This document shows, in pieces, positions 35,561-45,483 of a DNA stretch of 64,000 bases (position 1 is its first letter; each line of letters begins with the position of its first letter). The notes under the pieces are model-generated. The model saw only the letters and a program-made list of their open reading frames with translations, searched no databases and had not been told where the DNA came from. The stretch covers positions 192,559 through 256,558 of the IMG/VR virus record IMGVR_UViG_3300023175_000005, one strand, 5' to 3'. The translations under genes were made by a program, and so were the position numbers.

Positions 35561-36394
35561 TTATCTTAAACCTTTTAAGTTCTTCACAGTTCTTTCAAAC
35601 TTGTGATCTTTGTGTTTAAAGCCGATGCCGCCTGCTTCAGACCATTTGTTAATGTTAACACCATAATCGTCGATTAGAATATTTGCAGAACCGTCTGAGT
35701 TCGTAGCATACTGTGCTTTGTCGTGTGTTAAAAATATTCTTCTAGGTGGAAAAAATGACAAATTTTTCTTGATCCATTCCTTTTTATGTGGAATACTTTT
35801 AGGATCATCAGCAAGCGGACTGCTTAATATATTATAACTGCCTTTGACACGCTTGATTAACATTAACAAAGGCTTTGCATTTTTTGTAAGAGGTAAATTT
35901 AACCAAAAATCATCTACTGTTTTAATTTTATTAATTGCATTAGCAGGATCTTCGATATCAGTCCAGTGTTTTTTGTTCATTAATTTAGCCCAATCGCCAA
36001 AAAAGTCAGCAAGTACACCGTCCATGTCTACGTAAATTTCAGTATTAGGACCTATATTTTCTAGTTCTTCTACTAGTTCATTGTTATATGCAAGCCATGC
36101 GATTTCACTTCCGTGTCCTTTTGGCCATGAATGTTCTTCCGGTAGGCTATGCCCGCCCTCCATCAGTGCAAGTTCATATGCACTATAGGTTTTTTCTGCT
36201 AGTCCTAAATTAAAAAGTACGTTAGTAGATTTACCTTTTACTTTAGTTGATAGTGTAGGTGGACGTCCGTTTTTATCTACAGTATTACCAAATTTTGCTG
36301 CTTGCTTTGGTATTTCGTCTACGTCTACATCAGGAGTAGTGTTAACTCCTTTTACAATACGTCCATCTTCTTTTAAAAATTCAAATAGTTTCAT
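35561..36394 (-). CDS. protein with C-terminal 5'(3')-deoxyribonucleotidase (NT5C/HAD) domain
   Basis: IYVDMDGVLADF, ILSSP, K..W, LIDD; MKLFEFLKE N-terminus. Confidence 0.8.
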   Translation of the reverse strand: MKLFEFLKEDGRIVKGVNTTPDVDVDEIPKQAAKFGNTVDKNGRPPTLSTKVKGKSTNVLFNLGLAEKTYSAYELALMEGGHSLPEEHSWPKGHGSEIAWLAYNNELVEELENIGPNTEIYVDMDGVLADFFGDWAKLMNKKHWTDIEDPANAINKIKTVDDFWLNLPLTKNAKPLLMLIKRVKGSYNILSSPLADDPKSIPHKKEWIKKNLSFFPPRRIFLTHDKAQYATNSDGSANILIDDYGVNINKWSEAGGIGFKHKDHKFERTVKNLKGLR

Positions 36395-36501
36395 TCACAA
36401 TTACACTTCGTACATACATCGTTTACACAGTCTTTACAATCGGGTTGATAGCAATGGCATTTATGCCCACAACTTTTGCAAGTTCTTCTTTCGCCCTTCA
36501 T
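36391..36501 (-). CDS. 36-aa Cys-rich metallothionein-like peptide
   Basis: Hand translation MKGERRTCKSCGHKCHCYQPDCKDCVNDVCTKCNCE (9 Cys); ATGA overlaps at both ends. Confidence 0.65.
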   Translation of the reverse strand: MKGERRTCKSCGHKCHCYQPDCKDCVNDVCTKCNCE

Positions 36502-36710
36502 TTCTTTCTCCCTCTAAATTGCACGGGACCTGTCATATAAGGTTTTGAAAACCATAGTTTAAACCAATCTTCGTCTCCTGGCTTAAGACCCATTTCGCGT
36601 TCTTTCTTTTTTAGAGCAGCCGCAGTTTTATCTGGACTTTCTATTTTATATTCTGTATAGCCTTGGAATTCATTAATTCCTGCCAGCTTCTTTAGATCTT
36701 CTATGTTCAT
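36498..36710 (-). CDS. hypothetical protein, putative internal head protein
   Basis: LKKLAGINE N-terminal motif. Confidence 0.7.
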   Translation of the reverse strand: MNIEDLKKLAGINEFQGYTEYKIESPDKTAAALKKKEREMGLKPGDEDWFKLWFSKPYMTGPVQFRGRKK

Positions 36711-36903
36711 CCCAGTATTTGTTTCTTTCGTTTGTGCTTGTTCTGTTTTCTTCGTGTTGTTTATATTTGGCTATATAGTGTGCCCATTCTATGTCATCGA
36801 TACTCATATCTTCGTGTTCTCTCCACGTTTTGCTATACCCATCTGGGTATTCTTCTGCCCAGTCTATTTTTTCTTTTTGCCCGACTTCATGTTTGCGCAC
36901 CAA
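36673..36903 (-). CDS. hypothetical protein
   Basis: 76 aa ORF bridging its neighbours. Confidence 0.45.
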   Translation of the reverse strand: MVRKHEVGQKEKIDWAEEYPDGYSKTWREHEDMSIDDIEWAHYIAKYKQHEENRTSTNERNKYWDEHRRSKEAGRN

Positions 36904-38948
36904 TGATACATCCTCGCTTTTTCACCACTACTATTTTTAGCCCTCTTGCGTAGTGCTGTAACACTACCATTACAACTAGCACCTGAACGCTTTACACGCC
37001 CTGGTCTGCTTTTGCCTTTTACTTTACCATCAGCAAAGTTTTCATTCATTCCAAGTTGATCAACCATTATTTCTAACGCTGAATCTACATCATTTAAACC
37101 ATTTTCTTCTTTTGTTTTCTCATACCAACTTCTTACAAAGTTTGATGCTGCGTGTCCATAAGTATCTGGCGCCATCATCATTTGATAAAGAACTTGATCA
37201 GGTGCTTCTCGTTGAGACCTAACAAATTTTCTAAGACTATCTAAGTCTGTACTTTCATTATATGCTATATTTGTTGCTGCTTTTGCTTTTGCACCGTGTG
37301 GATGTTTAGGATTTATACCCACAGGTTCGCCATTTATAAGTTGTGAAATATCTACACTCTTGCCTAGTCTATCTAGCAGTTGATGTAATTTGTCAGTGGG
37401 ATCGTAATTACCGCTTTCATAACCACTTTTACCACGCACTTCGGTACGTTTACCTGTAGCAGTATCTACAATGTGTAGTATCATTAGATCGCCGTCACGT
37501 TCTAATGTTAGTTTGTAACCTTCAGTAATTTTTTTTTTGGGTTTTGTCTTTTTTGGCTTTTCGTCTGAACTATGACCAAAATACTTGTGAACTAATTTGT
37601 CTAGTTTTCTATGGAATTCATCTTCTTCATCCGGAGAAGCATCTTCAGATATGTCAATTGATTCGTCGGCCATCTTTTTAACAAGTTCGTCACCTTTTTT
37701 CGTAAAGAATTTTTGTAGGGCAACACCTCCTAAGATCAATATTACTGCCATCATAATACTAAACTTGTTTGCAACAAGGAATTTAACCATTTCAGCACCA
37801 AGTATACTTTCAACCCAGTCCCATCCTTTTTTAGCATAATATGCCGCTGTGCCGCCTATTGCTATTTTGCCGCCATGCCGTCTAATTGCCCATTTGACTA
37901 CAGGAACTGCGCCTCTCCTTGCAGCCCATCCTAAAACCCAACCTGCTGCTTTTGCACCTGCCCATAATACTGCTGGTGCAATTTCATTAACTTGTTGTTC
38001 ATTGACATTATCTGCCATTCTGATACTGTGTTTTATGCCAATATTGTTAAAAAGTTTACTTGCATTTTGCACACTTGTTAGTGCTCTTTTCATTCTATCT
38101 TGATATTTAGGATTGTTATCAAACTTTGAAATAAATTTCTTTGCTTCATCAGGTTTAACATATATAAGTTTGCCACTCCATGCAGCACCTTTCCTATAAA
38201 AACTTAAAAAATGTTCTTTACCGTCTGCGCGATCTGCAATCCAACTTAGTACTTTAATTTTATTAGGATCTTGGCTTTTTATACTTGTATTATCGTTACC
38301 TAAACCAAATAATTCTTTAACACTTTCTTCTGCTGGTGCTTCAGTATCTCCTAATGCTTGATTAAGTAGTTTTACAGCAACAGGAGCACCATTACCGTAC
38401 ATAAGTTTTGCGGCTTTTAATTTATCTTCGTCTGACATTTCAGGCCATGTTGCTCTAAGTTCACTAGCACTCTTAATTTGTATACCTGAAAAACCAAAAT
38501 CTATAGTAGGACCATAGGCCATATAGCCCATTTCATCACTAGTTCTAAGATTTTTTCCTTTGTATGACCTTAAATAACCAGGCTCACCATTCTTCTTTGT
38601 TTGATCTGGCAACGGTTGTTCGCCTTTGTCTTTTAGACTTCGTACAAATACTATTGCTGCATCGTCTCCTAACATGTCTTTATAACTGTTTAAGTTAAAA
38701 GGTGACTTGACTTGTATAAAACGCTCTGCAGGAACTCCTGCCATACTAGCAAGTTTCTTTTTTACATCGAAAGGAAATGGTCTAGTTTTAGTGTCTGCTG
38801 TTGCAGCAACATATACATTTTCACTGCCAAATGTTTTTGTTGCCCAATCATATAAACTTTTGTGACCAGGATGAAAAGGATGAAATCCTCCAGGCATAAT
38901 TGCAACAATTCGTCTTGCCTGTGCTTCAAATAGGTCACGGACGAACAT
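36864..38948 (-). CDS. multi-module protein with N-terminal HxGH nucleotidyltransferase-like domain, putative internal head protein
   Basis: Start re-set to MFVRDLFEA (TAATG overlap); GGFHPFHPGH and SASELR motifs; membrane-like segment. Confidence 0.75.
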   Translation of the reverse strand: MFVRDLFEAQARRIVAIMPGGFHPFHPGHKSLYDWATKTFGSENVYVAATADTKTRPFPFDVKKKLASMAGVPAERFIQVKSPFNLNSYKDMLGDDAAIVFVRSLKDKGEQPLPDQTKKNGEPGYLRSYKGKNLRTSDEMGYMAYGPTIDFGFSGIQIKSASELRATWPEMSDEDKLKAAKLMYGNGAPVAVKLLNQALGDTEAPAEESVKELFGLGNDNTSIKSQDPNKIKVLSWIADRADGKEHFLSFYRKGAAWSGKLIYVKPDEAKKFISKFDNNPKYQDRMKRALTSVQNASKLFNNIGIKHSIRMADNVNEQQVNEIAPAVLWAGAKAAGWVLGWAARRGAVPVVKWAIRRHGGKIAIGGTAAYYAKKGWDWVESILGAEMVKFLVANKFSIMMAVILILGGVALQKFFTKKGDELVKKMADESIDISEDASPDEEDEFHRKLDKLVHKYFGHSSDEKPKKTKPKKKITEGYKLTLERDGDLMILHIVDTATGKRTEVRGKSGYESGNYDPTDKLHQLLDRLGKSVDISQLINGEPVGINPKHPHGAKAKAATNIAYNESTDLDSLRKFVRSQREAPDQVLYQMMMAPDTYGHAASNFVRSWYEKTKEENGLNDVDSALEIMVDQLGMNENFADGKVKGKSRPGRVKRSGASCNGSVTALRKRAKNSSGEKARMYHWCANMKSGKKKK

Positions 38949-39301
38949 TAGTACTCTCCGTTGCGGAAGTTTTCTATTTCGCCTCTTAGTATTTGATCGA
39001 TTACCATCATCTTTTCTTCTCTTGTACACATCTCTTCGGGCATTTTTTTGATTTTAAATTTATTAACATATTCTTTTATAGCACATTCGACAGTAGGAAG
39101 TAAAGACTTTTTATCGTATCTTTTGCCTTTTTTTACAACTTCTTGTACATCACACATTTTTGGATATAACTGGCGTCTATAAAATTCAGGATCATTCTTC
39201 ATATACACCACTAAATCGTCAACAACGTTAAACGGAAGTTTATCTCCCGTTTTTGTATCCATGTCTTGGCTAAGATCGTGAAACTCGTTGATTTTTACCA
39301 T
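38948..39301 (-). CDS. hypothetical phage protein
   Basis: MVKINEF start; DDL..YM.ND.EFYR motif. Confidence 0.7.
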   Translation of the reverse strand: MVKINEFHDLSQDMDTKTGDKLPFNVVDDLVVYMKNDPEFYRRQLYPKMCDVQEVVKKGKRYDKKSLLPTVECAIKEYVNKFKIKKMPEEMCTREEKMMVIDQILRGEIENFRNGEY

Positions 39302-40053
39302 TTGCGGCAACTCCAGTAACGTGCTTTTGTTCTTGGTCCTGGATTATCACAGTTATGTCTAGCACGGAATGAACGTCTACGTGCTGGGTTAGACTTTTTG
39401 ATCTTCATGTTTGGATCACCAAAGTTAACTTTCTTAATATTTTTAGTCTTTGGATCTCTTACATATACTTTGAACTTTTTAACATCGCCGCGCATAGGTT
39501 TGCCAAGTTTAACTTTGCGTCCTTGATATTCAGCTTCGTCCATTGATTTTCTATCACGTCTTAATTCTAAATATTTTGTTCCACTAGTTGCTACCATACC
39601 CATTGCTTTTGCATCGTTTTGTGCTTGCATTTTATTTGTTATTGGATAGCTTTTTTTAACTTCTAGTGTTCCTGGATCATAGACAATATACATATTTCTA
39701 TATTTTTCAAACTCTGATCTTTCTTCTAAACCTTCATCTTCATCTTCGTTGAACCACATGACACCGTAGTTTTCAAAAAACTCGTCGCCGTCATATGTTT
39801 CTTCAATATCTGAAATTTCTTCGTTAGCAGATATTTCAATATCAAAGTCGTCATAACCTTGTTCAAACATATAATTTGCTAGGTGCTCTGCATATCCATC
39901 TGCTTCTTCTTCTGATAATTCCCTAGATAGAGGAATTTCAAAAACTGTTGCACCCTGTTCTGATTCAAAAATGTCGTTGCCTGGAAAAATTGACTCATCT
40001 AACTTTTCAGCAATATCAGTTTTTTCCATGACTACTCGGATAAAATGTTCCAT
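39295..40053 (-). CDS. acidic/basic bipartite protein, putative internal head protein
   Basis: Very acidic N-terminal half; basic C-terminal module EAEYQGRKV...SFRARHNC...YWSC. Confidence 0.75.
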   Translation of the reverse strand: MEHFIRVVMEKTDIAEKLDESIFPGNDIFESEQGATVFEIPLSRELSEEEADGYAEHLANYMFEQGYDDFDIEISANEEISDIEETYDGDEFFENYGVMWFNEDEDEGLEERSEFEKYRNMYIVYDPGTLEVKKSYPITNKMQAQNDAKAMGMVATSGTKYLELRRDRKSMDEAEYQGRKVKLGKPMRGDVKKFKVYVRDPKTKNIKKVNFGDPNMKIKKSNPARRRSFRARHNCDNPGPRTKARYWSCRKW

Positions 40054-40080
40054 GATCGATCCTTTGTAAATTTACTAATA

Positions 40081-40779
40081 CTATTTATCTAGATCGTGTT
40101 TGTAAATTAGTTTATCGATCCTTGAAATATTACCACCTGCAAGTAGTTCAAACAATGTAAGTGCTTTGTCGTTCTTAATATAAACGTATTGCCCTTTTAT
40201 CCAGTTTTTGTTTTTTATTTTTTGTAACAGTTTAGTGCCGCATTTGCATAAATTAGGATTTTTTACAATCCAATTAGCCATTTCAGGATTAACATTCTTG
40301 CCACCAAATGTAACTTTATAATCAAACTCTGTTTCTTTGTTAACAATAATTACATTTTTATTATTTTGCAAATATTCTATCATATCAGGACTCGGCTTCC
40401 AAACTTTAATGTAGTCTGCTGATAAAGTATTGGCTAATTTGTCTATCAAACTCTCGTTGTTTGAATAAATGTTTAAGAAACTTTGCTCTATTCTAACAGT
40501 ATAGTCTGTTTCATGCATTAGATTGGTAATGATTCTTTCGACATCTAATATCTCATTAGTATCAATAGAAATATGTGAGTGACCAAATCTTGCGTTTACT
40601 TGAAATGTTTTACTTCCAGGAAAAATTCTTGCTTTAAATGAATTAAGTTCTCGTCTTGCGTACTGAAAGTTTTTCCCGTGCTGTATTTCAGTACGCAATA
40701 TATGTGCTATATAAAGTCTTGTTTCTAATTTATATAGATATTTGTTATAATGTAGTTTTGTAGTCTCAGCTTGTTGCAA
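40081..40779 (-). CDS. hypothetical phage protein
   Basis: 232 aa; overlaps the end of clpA. Confidence 0.7.
   Translation of the reverse strand: MQQAETTKLHYNKYLYKLETRLYIAHILRTEIQHGKNFQYARRELNSFKARIFPGSKTFQVNARFGHSHISIDTNEILDVERIITNLMHETDYTVRIEQSFLNIYSNNESLIDKLANTLSADYIKVWKPSPDMIEYLQNNKNVIIVNKETEFDYKVTFGGKNVNPEMANWIVKNPNLCKCGTKLLQKIKNKNWIKGQYVYIKNDKALTLFELLAGGNISRIDKLIYKHDLDK
40082..40089 (-). promoter_or_regulatory. late promoter (GATAAATA)
   Basis: Motif at the head of the internal-protein cluster. Confidence 0.6.
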
Positions 40780-43015
40780 TTACAGTACTCTCAACATTTA
40801 AGACGATGTCTTTGCCTTTTGCGTTGATTGATAGTTTACCACCGTCTTTCAAATCACCAAACAATAGCATTCTTGACAAAGGACGTTTAATATCTTTGTC
40901 AATAACACGCTGTAATGGTCTTGCACCCATTTTACGATCAAAGCCTTTGTCTACTAACAAATCTAATGCTTCGTCTGTAACAGAAACTTCTACGTTTTTA
41001 TCCGCAACTTGATCTTTAAGTTCTTTTAAGAACTTGCCAACAATTTTTAACATCACAGGCTTACCAAGTTTAGCAAACGTAATAACGCCATCTAGCCTAT
41101 TTCTAAACTCTGGTGCAAAGAATTTTTTCAATTCGCCATCTTCGTAGTCAGAACCGTCTGATTCTTCACCAAATCCGATAGCATTTTTCTCTGCTTCTCT
41201 TGCACCAAGATTTGTTGTTAGGATTAGGATACTGTTACGTGCATCTGCTTCCTTACCGTTGCTGCCAGTGATCATACCGTTGTCCATAAGTTGCAATAAA
41301 ACATTACTTACATCTGGGTGTGCTTTTTCAATTTCATCTAGCAACAACACACAGTTGGGATTTTCTTGCAGTTTGATAATCAACTGTCCTGCATCGTCTT
41401 CAAATCCTACATAACCTGGAGGTGCACCGATAAACTTTGCAACACTATGCTTCTCTTGATATTCACTCATATCAAATCGTACAAGTTGTACACCTAAATG
41501 ATGTGCAAGTTGTTTTGCTGTTTCTGTTTTACCTGTACCTGTCGGACCCATAAACACAAATGATCCAATCGGTTTATCTTCTGGTTTAAGTCCTGCTTGC
41601 GAAACAAGTATTTTATCAACAATACCTTCGATTGCTTCGTCTTGACCGTAAACACTACCTTTCATATTAGTTTCTAAATTAGCAAGATTTTCTGTCTCAC
41701 GTTCTGCAACTTGCTCTTTTGGTATTTTAACCATTTTTGCAAGTTCAAATTGAATACTTTCTTCTGTGACAATTTTATTTTCTGTCTGATTATTGACCTT
41801 GAACCTACTACATGCAACATCAATAACATCAATTGCTTTGTCAGGTAGTTTTTTATCTGCTTGATATTTGATTGTAAGTTTTACTGCTGCTTCAATTGCT
41901 TCATCTGTAATTTCTACAGTATGAAATTCTTCATAATATTTCTTAATACCATGTAAAATATCTTTTGTAATTTCTGCACTCGGCTCGTCAACAGTTACAC
42001 GCTGGAATCTTCTCATAAGCGCACGATCTGATTCGAAGTACTTGCGGTACTCTTCCCAAGTAGTTGAAGCAACAACTTTGATATTACCTTTAGACAATGC
42101 AGGTTTTAACATATTTGCTAAATCATTTGCACTATTACTTCCACCTGCGCCAGCGCCACTAATCATGTGTGCTTCGTCAATAAACATAATAGTTTTGCCT
42201 TTTTTCTGTAGTGCAGATAACACAAGTTTAAAGCGTTCTTCAAAGTCGCCGCGGTATTTTGAACCTGCAAGCATACTGCCGATATCAAGTGCATAAACAT
42301 TGTATTCTTTTAAAAACTCTGGAACATCGTTGTTTACAATTTTCCATGCTAAACCTTCAGCAATAGCAGTTTTACCCACACCTGGATCGCCGACCATAAG
42401 CACATTTGATTTTGTGCGGCGTCCTAGTGCAAGTGCTAGTGATTCTATTTCGTCTTCCCGTCCGATAACAGGATCTATACGACCTTTTTTAACATCGGCA
42501 TTGAGATCGTCAGTAAATGCTTTTAATGCTTTGTTAGCAATACCAGCATTTTCCATGTCTTCGTCTGCTACTATATCTAATTCAAGTTCTGCACTCATAT
42601 ATTGGATAAACTTATCTTTCTGAATGCCTGCTTGTTGACATGCAAAGAACGCATAACTTCTTTTTTCGCTTAATGTACTAATAAAAACATCAGTAATTTC
42701 GATTTGATTGCGTCCTTGAAATAATACTTGTGCAAAAGCTCGATTTAAAACCCGCTCAACAGTGCCTGTCTTAACAGGTTTATATTTTTTTGCTTCTGTT
42801 TTAATTTCGTTTAATTTTGTTTTGAGATAATTTTCTACATTCTTTTTCAATAGGTCTACATCTGTATCAAACCCTTTTAATGCTGTAGAAAATTGTTCTT
42901 CACACAGCATTGCAAACAGAAGATGTTCAAGAGTAACATATTCATGCTGTAATTTCTTTGCGTCTTTAACTGCCTTATCAAATACTACTTGTAATGCTTG
43001 GCTAGGTTCTACCAT
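40766..43015 (-). CDS. clpA: ATP-dependent Clp protease ATP-binding subunit, ClpA-like
   Basis: Clp N domain (HEYVTLEHLL); two AAA modules (GDPGVGKT, GPTGTGKT); KYRG and GYVG pore loops; IGF ClpP-docking loop; no ClpB middle domain. Confidence 0.92.
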   Translation of the reverse strand: MVEPSQALQVVFDKAVKDAKKLQHEYVTLEHLLFAMLCEEQFSTALKGFDTDVDLLKKNVENYLKTKLNEIKTEAKKYKPVKTGTVERVLNRAFAQVLFQGRNQIEITDVFISTLSEKRSYAFFACQQAGIQKDKFIQYMSAELELDIVADEDMENAGIANKALKAFTDDLNADVKKGRIDPVIGREDEIESLALALGRRTKSNVLMVGDPGVGKTAIAEGLAWKIVNNDVPEFLKEYNVYALDIGSMLAGSKYRGDFEERFKLVLSALQKKGKTIMFIDEAHMISGAGAGGSNSANDLANMLKPALSKGNIKVVASTTWEEYRKYFESDRALMRRFQRVTVDEPSAEITKDILHGIKKYYEEFHTVEITDEAIEAAVKLTIKYQADKKLPDKAIDVIDVACSRFKVNNQTENKIVTEESIQFELAKMVKIPKEQVAERETENLANLETNMKGSVYGQDEAIEGIVDKILVSQAGLKPEDKPIGSFVFMGPTGTGKTETAKQLAHHLGVQLVRFDMSEYQEKHSVAKFIGAPPGYVGFEDDAGQLIIKLQENPNCVLLLDEIEKAHPDVSNVLLQLMDNGMITGSNGKEADARNSILILTTNLGAREAEKNAIGFGEESDGSDYEDGELKKFFAPEFRNRLDGVITFAKLGKPVMLKIVGKFLKELKDQVADKNVEVSVTDEALDLLVDKGFDRKMGARPLQRVIDKDIKRPLSRMLLFGDLKDGGKLSINAKGKDIVLNVESTVIATS

Positions 43016-43526
43016 TTTTGTTCCTTTTTGCTTGCTTTTTTAAACCCATGTTAAGTTTTAGTCTGCTAACTCTATTAATGAATTGTATTCCTTGTAAGTG
43101 ATCATATTCGTGTAAAAATATTCTACTGTCAATATCATTAAATTTTGTCTCTACATGTATAACATCTTTATAGTCATTTGTCAACGTATCAAATTCAACA
43201 ACACAACTAATTGGACGTCTTACTTTAAGTGTCAACCCCGGATGGCTTAAACACCCTTCAATTCCTTCTTCTAATTCTTTACTAATACCTTTAATGTGCG
43301 GATTTATTACAACGATTGTATCGCCGTATTTTTTATTTAACAAACATTTCATAACAAATATCTGCCCATTTATTCCCACTTGATTTGCTGATAATCCTAA
43401 CCCTCCTTCCTTTTGCATTAATTCAATCATTTCAAATGCAAGAGGTCTTGGATTGTCTGTAGCCAAATCAAACTTTGGAACAGGATTTTCTAGTCTTGTA
43501 TCAGGCGCTACGATTAATTGCATCAT
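43002..43526 (-). CDS. def: peptide deformylase
   Basis: [18 protein letters not shown]. Confidence 0.95.
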   Translation of the reverse strand: MMQLIVAPDTRLENPVPKFDLATDNPRPLAFEMIELMQKEGGLGLSANQVGINGQIFVMKCLLNKKYGDTIVVINPHIKGISKELEEGIEGCLSHPGLTLKVRRPISCVVEFDTLTNDYKDVIHVETKFNDIDSRIFLHEYDHLQGIQFINRVSRLKLNMGLKKQAKRNKNGRT

Positions 43527-44331
43527 TTATTAATTTTACCTTTTCTAGCATATTAGGATCTTTTATTTTTGGTGTAATACCTTTCAACTTTACATATAAA
43601 TTTCCTGTACGTCCTGTATTAAGTTCTGGCAAACCTTTTCCAGATATACTTAATATAGTACCTGGGTTTGTTCCTGCAGGGATATTCAATCTAACCATGC
43701 CTCCTTCTAGAGTTGGAATGTTTTTAGTTGTACCTGCTATAAATTCCAATAAATTGACCTTTTCTTCAATATGTAAGTGTGCATTATCCCTTCTAAACCT
43801 AGGATGTTTAACAATGGCTATTTGCATAATCAAGTCACCTCTAGGTAAACTATGTGCAGAGTGATCTCCTAATCCTCTGTATCTCATTAATTGACCATCC
43901 ATTACACCAGGAGCAATTCTAATACTTGCACTTGTTTCTACACCATTCAACATATTATAAGTTGCAAGAAAATCTTTACCTCGTAAAACATCTTCTAGTG
44001 TGAGACTTACCCGCAACCTAATATCTTTGTTTCTGACTGCACGATGTTGTTGTGCAAAACCTTGTCCAAACATACTGCCAAAAATATCATTAAAATTACC
44101 GAAGTTATCAGTAAACGCATTACCTTGAAAATTATTATTAGTTGCAGGATTGTCATACAACGATCTTTTTTCAGGATCTTTTAACGTATCATATGCTTCG
44201 TTAATTTGAGCGAACTTTTTGCCATCACCACCCTTGTCAGGATGGTGTTGCATTGCAAGTTTTCTATATGCTTTCTTTAATTCGTCTGACGTGGCGTCTT
44301 TGTTTACACCCAGTACGCTGTAATAGTCCAT
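43501..44331 (-). CDS. DnaJ-family co-chaperone (class B, no zinc finger)
   Basis: J domain with HPD; G/F-rich linker; DnaJ C-terminal domain. Confidence 0.92.
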   Translation of the reverse strand: MDYYSVLGVNKDATSDELKKAYRKLAMQHHPDKGGDGKKFAQINEAYDTLKDPEKRSLYDNPATNNNFQGNAFTDNFGNFNDIFGSMFGQGFAQQHRAVRNKDIRLRVSLTLEDVLRGKDFLATYNMLNGVETSASIRIAPGVMDGQLMRYRGLGDHSAHSLPRGDLIMQIAIVKHPRFRRDNAHLHIEEKVNLLEFIAGTTKNIPTLEGGMVRLNIPAGTNPGTILSISGKGLPELNTGRTGNLYVKLKGITPKIKDPNMLEKVKLINDAINRSA

Positions 44332-44354
44332 ACTATTACTTATTTACTACTTTG

Positions 44355-44750
44355 TTATTTTTTGCTAGTTCCGGTGTATAGTCCAAACCATGCTGCGCCA
44401 GCACCTACAATTACGGAAATTAGTGCAGACTGATTCATGCTAGGATCAGGTAGTTCCATATACCATAAAACTGTTTTGTAAAGCAAAAAGATATAAACTG
44501 TTAGGAATGCTCTTGGAAAAATCCTCCATGCATCTACTGCTTTTGCTAAATGTATAAGTTTAGCATAAGGATTTGGTCCTAGATCTTTTACAGTTGTATC
44601 AACTTCCAAATCAAGTTTTACTTTCTTTGTTGCTCCTTCAGAACTTGCTGGAACTGCTACTGTAGAATCATATGTAGGCATTTCAGTCATTTGTTCTGCT
44701 TTTGCTTTAGGTGCTGCTGGTTTTAAATCTTCTGGTTTTTTACGCGGCAT
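44355..44750 (-). CDS. two-TM membrane protein (holin candidate)
   Basis: D.WRIFPR followed by two TM helices; at the end of the lysis operon. Confidence 0.5.
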   Translation of the reverse strand: MPRKKPEDLKPAAPKAKAEQMTEMPTYDSTVAVPASSEGATKKVKLDLEVDTTVKDLGPNPYAKLIHLAKAVDAWRIFPRAFLTVYIFLLYKTVLWYMELPDPSMNQSALISVIVGAGAAWFGLYTGTSKK

Positions 44751-45483
44751 TCTTAAGCCCTCCTTTTAAGTAATCAAACATTTGTTCCGCTATACGTTTA
44801 TGTCCTTGAGGACTAGGGTGCGGATCTTGTTTTCCTATTATATCATAACTCATCGTTGGCATGATGTCTATGTCTTTATATAATTCTCGGTATTCTGGTG
44901 GATATTGTTTTGGTACAGATCCGAACTGCATCCACCAATAAGTTTTAACATTAAAACTTTTAAATATCCTATCTAATGATAAAACATGGCTGATACTTTC
45001 GTACATTCCTTGCACTTCGGTAAATGATCTTGTTCTGGCTTCGTGTATTGTTTTATTTGATGGAGGTAACGACTTATGAAAATCGTTACCCCATACGTTT
45101 ACCCTAACCCATTTTTTATCATCGTGTGTATAAGTATAATCTTTTCTTTTCCAAAAACGTCCATCTTCAAACGGTACTTTAGTTTCTACATATTCATCCT
45201 TGCCTGTGTAATATTCCATCCTGAATGCTTCTGTAGTCTGTAAAACTGCAATTGTATTATCTAAGATTACTTGAGGTGTATTGACTAACCAGTCTATACT
45301 TGTCCTTACCATCCTTTGATTACTACCACAACCTTTAGCATGTTGAATCGGAGTTCTGTCTAACAATTGTGCTAGATAGTAAGGCCAAACTAGTTTTTCT
45401 CTATCGGCTTCTTTGTATCCGTGGTCTTCGTTAATACCGCCTCCCCATGTAAAACTACATCCGTTAGTGTAAAGATATTTCAA
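44740..45483 (-). CDS. SGNH/GDSL-like protein
   Basis: NGCSFTWG, A.G.GSN, D.HP. Confidence 0.65.
   Translation of the reverse strand: MKYLYTNGCSFTWGGGINEDHGYKEADREKLVWPYYLAQLLDRTPIQHAKGCGSNQRMVRTSIDWLVNTPQVILDNTIAVLQTTEAFRMEYYTGKDEYVETKVPFEDGRFWKRKDYTYTHDDKKWVRVNVWGNDFHKSLPPSNKTIHEARTRSFTEVQGMYESISHVLSLDRIFKSFNVKTYWWMQFGSVPKQYPPEYRELYKDIDIMPTMSYDIIGKQDPHPSPQGHKRIAEQMFDYLKGGLKNAA

Noticed and set aside
38949-39029. N-terminal 27 aa of the 721-aa track ORF
   Set aside because: It overlaps the upstream gene; the ATG at 38948 gives a TAATG junction and a targeting-like N-terminus
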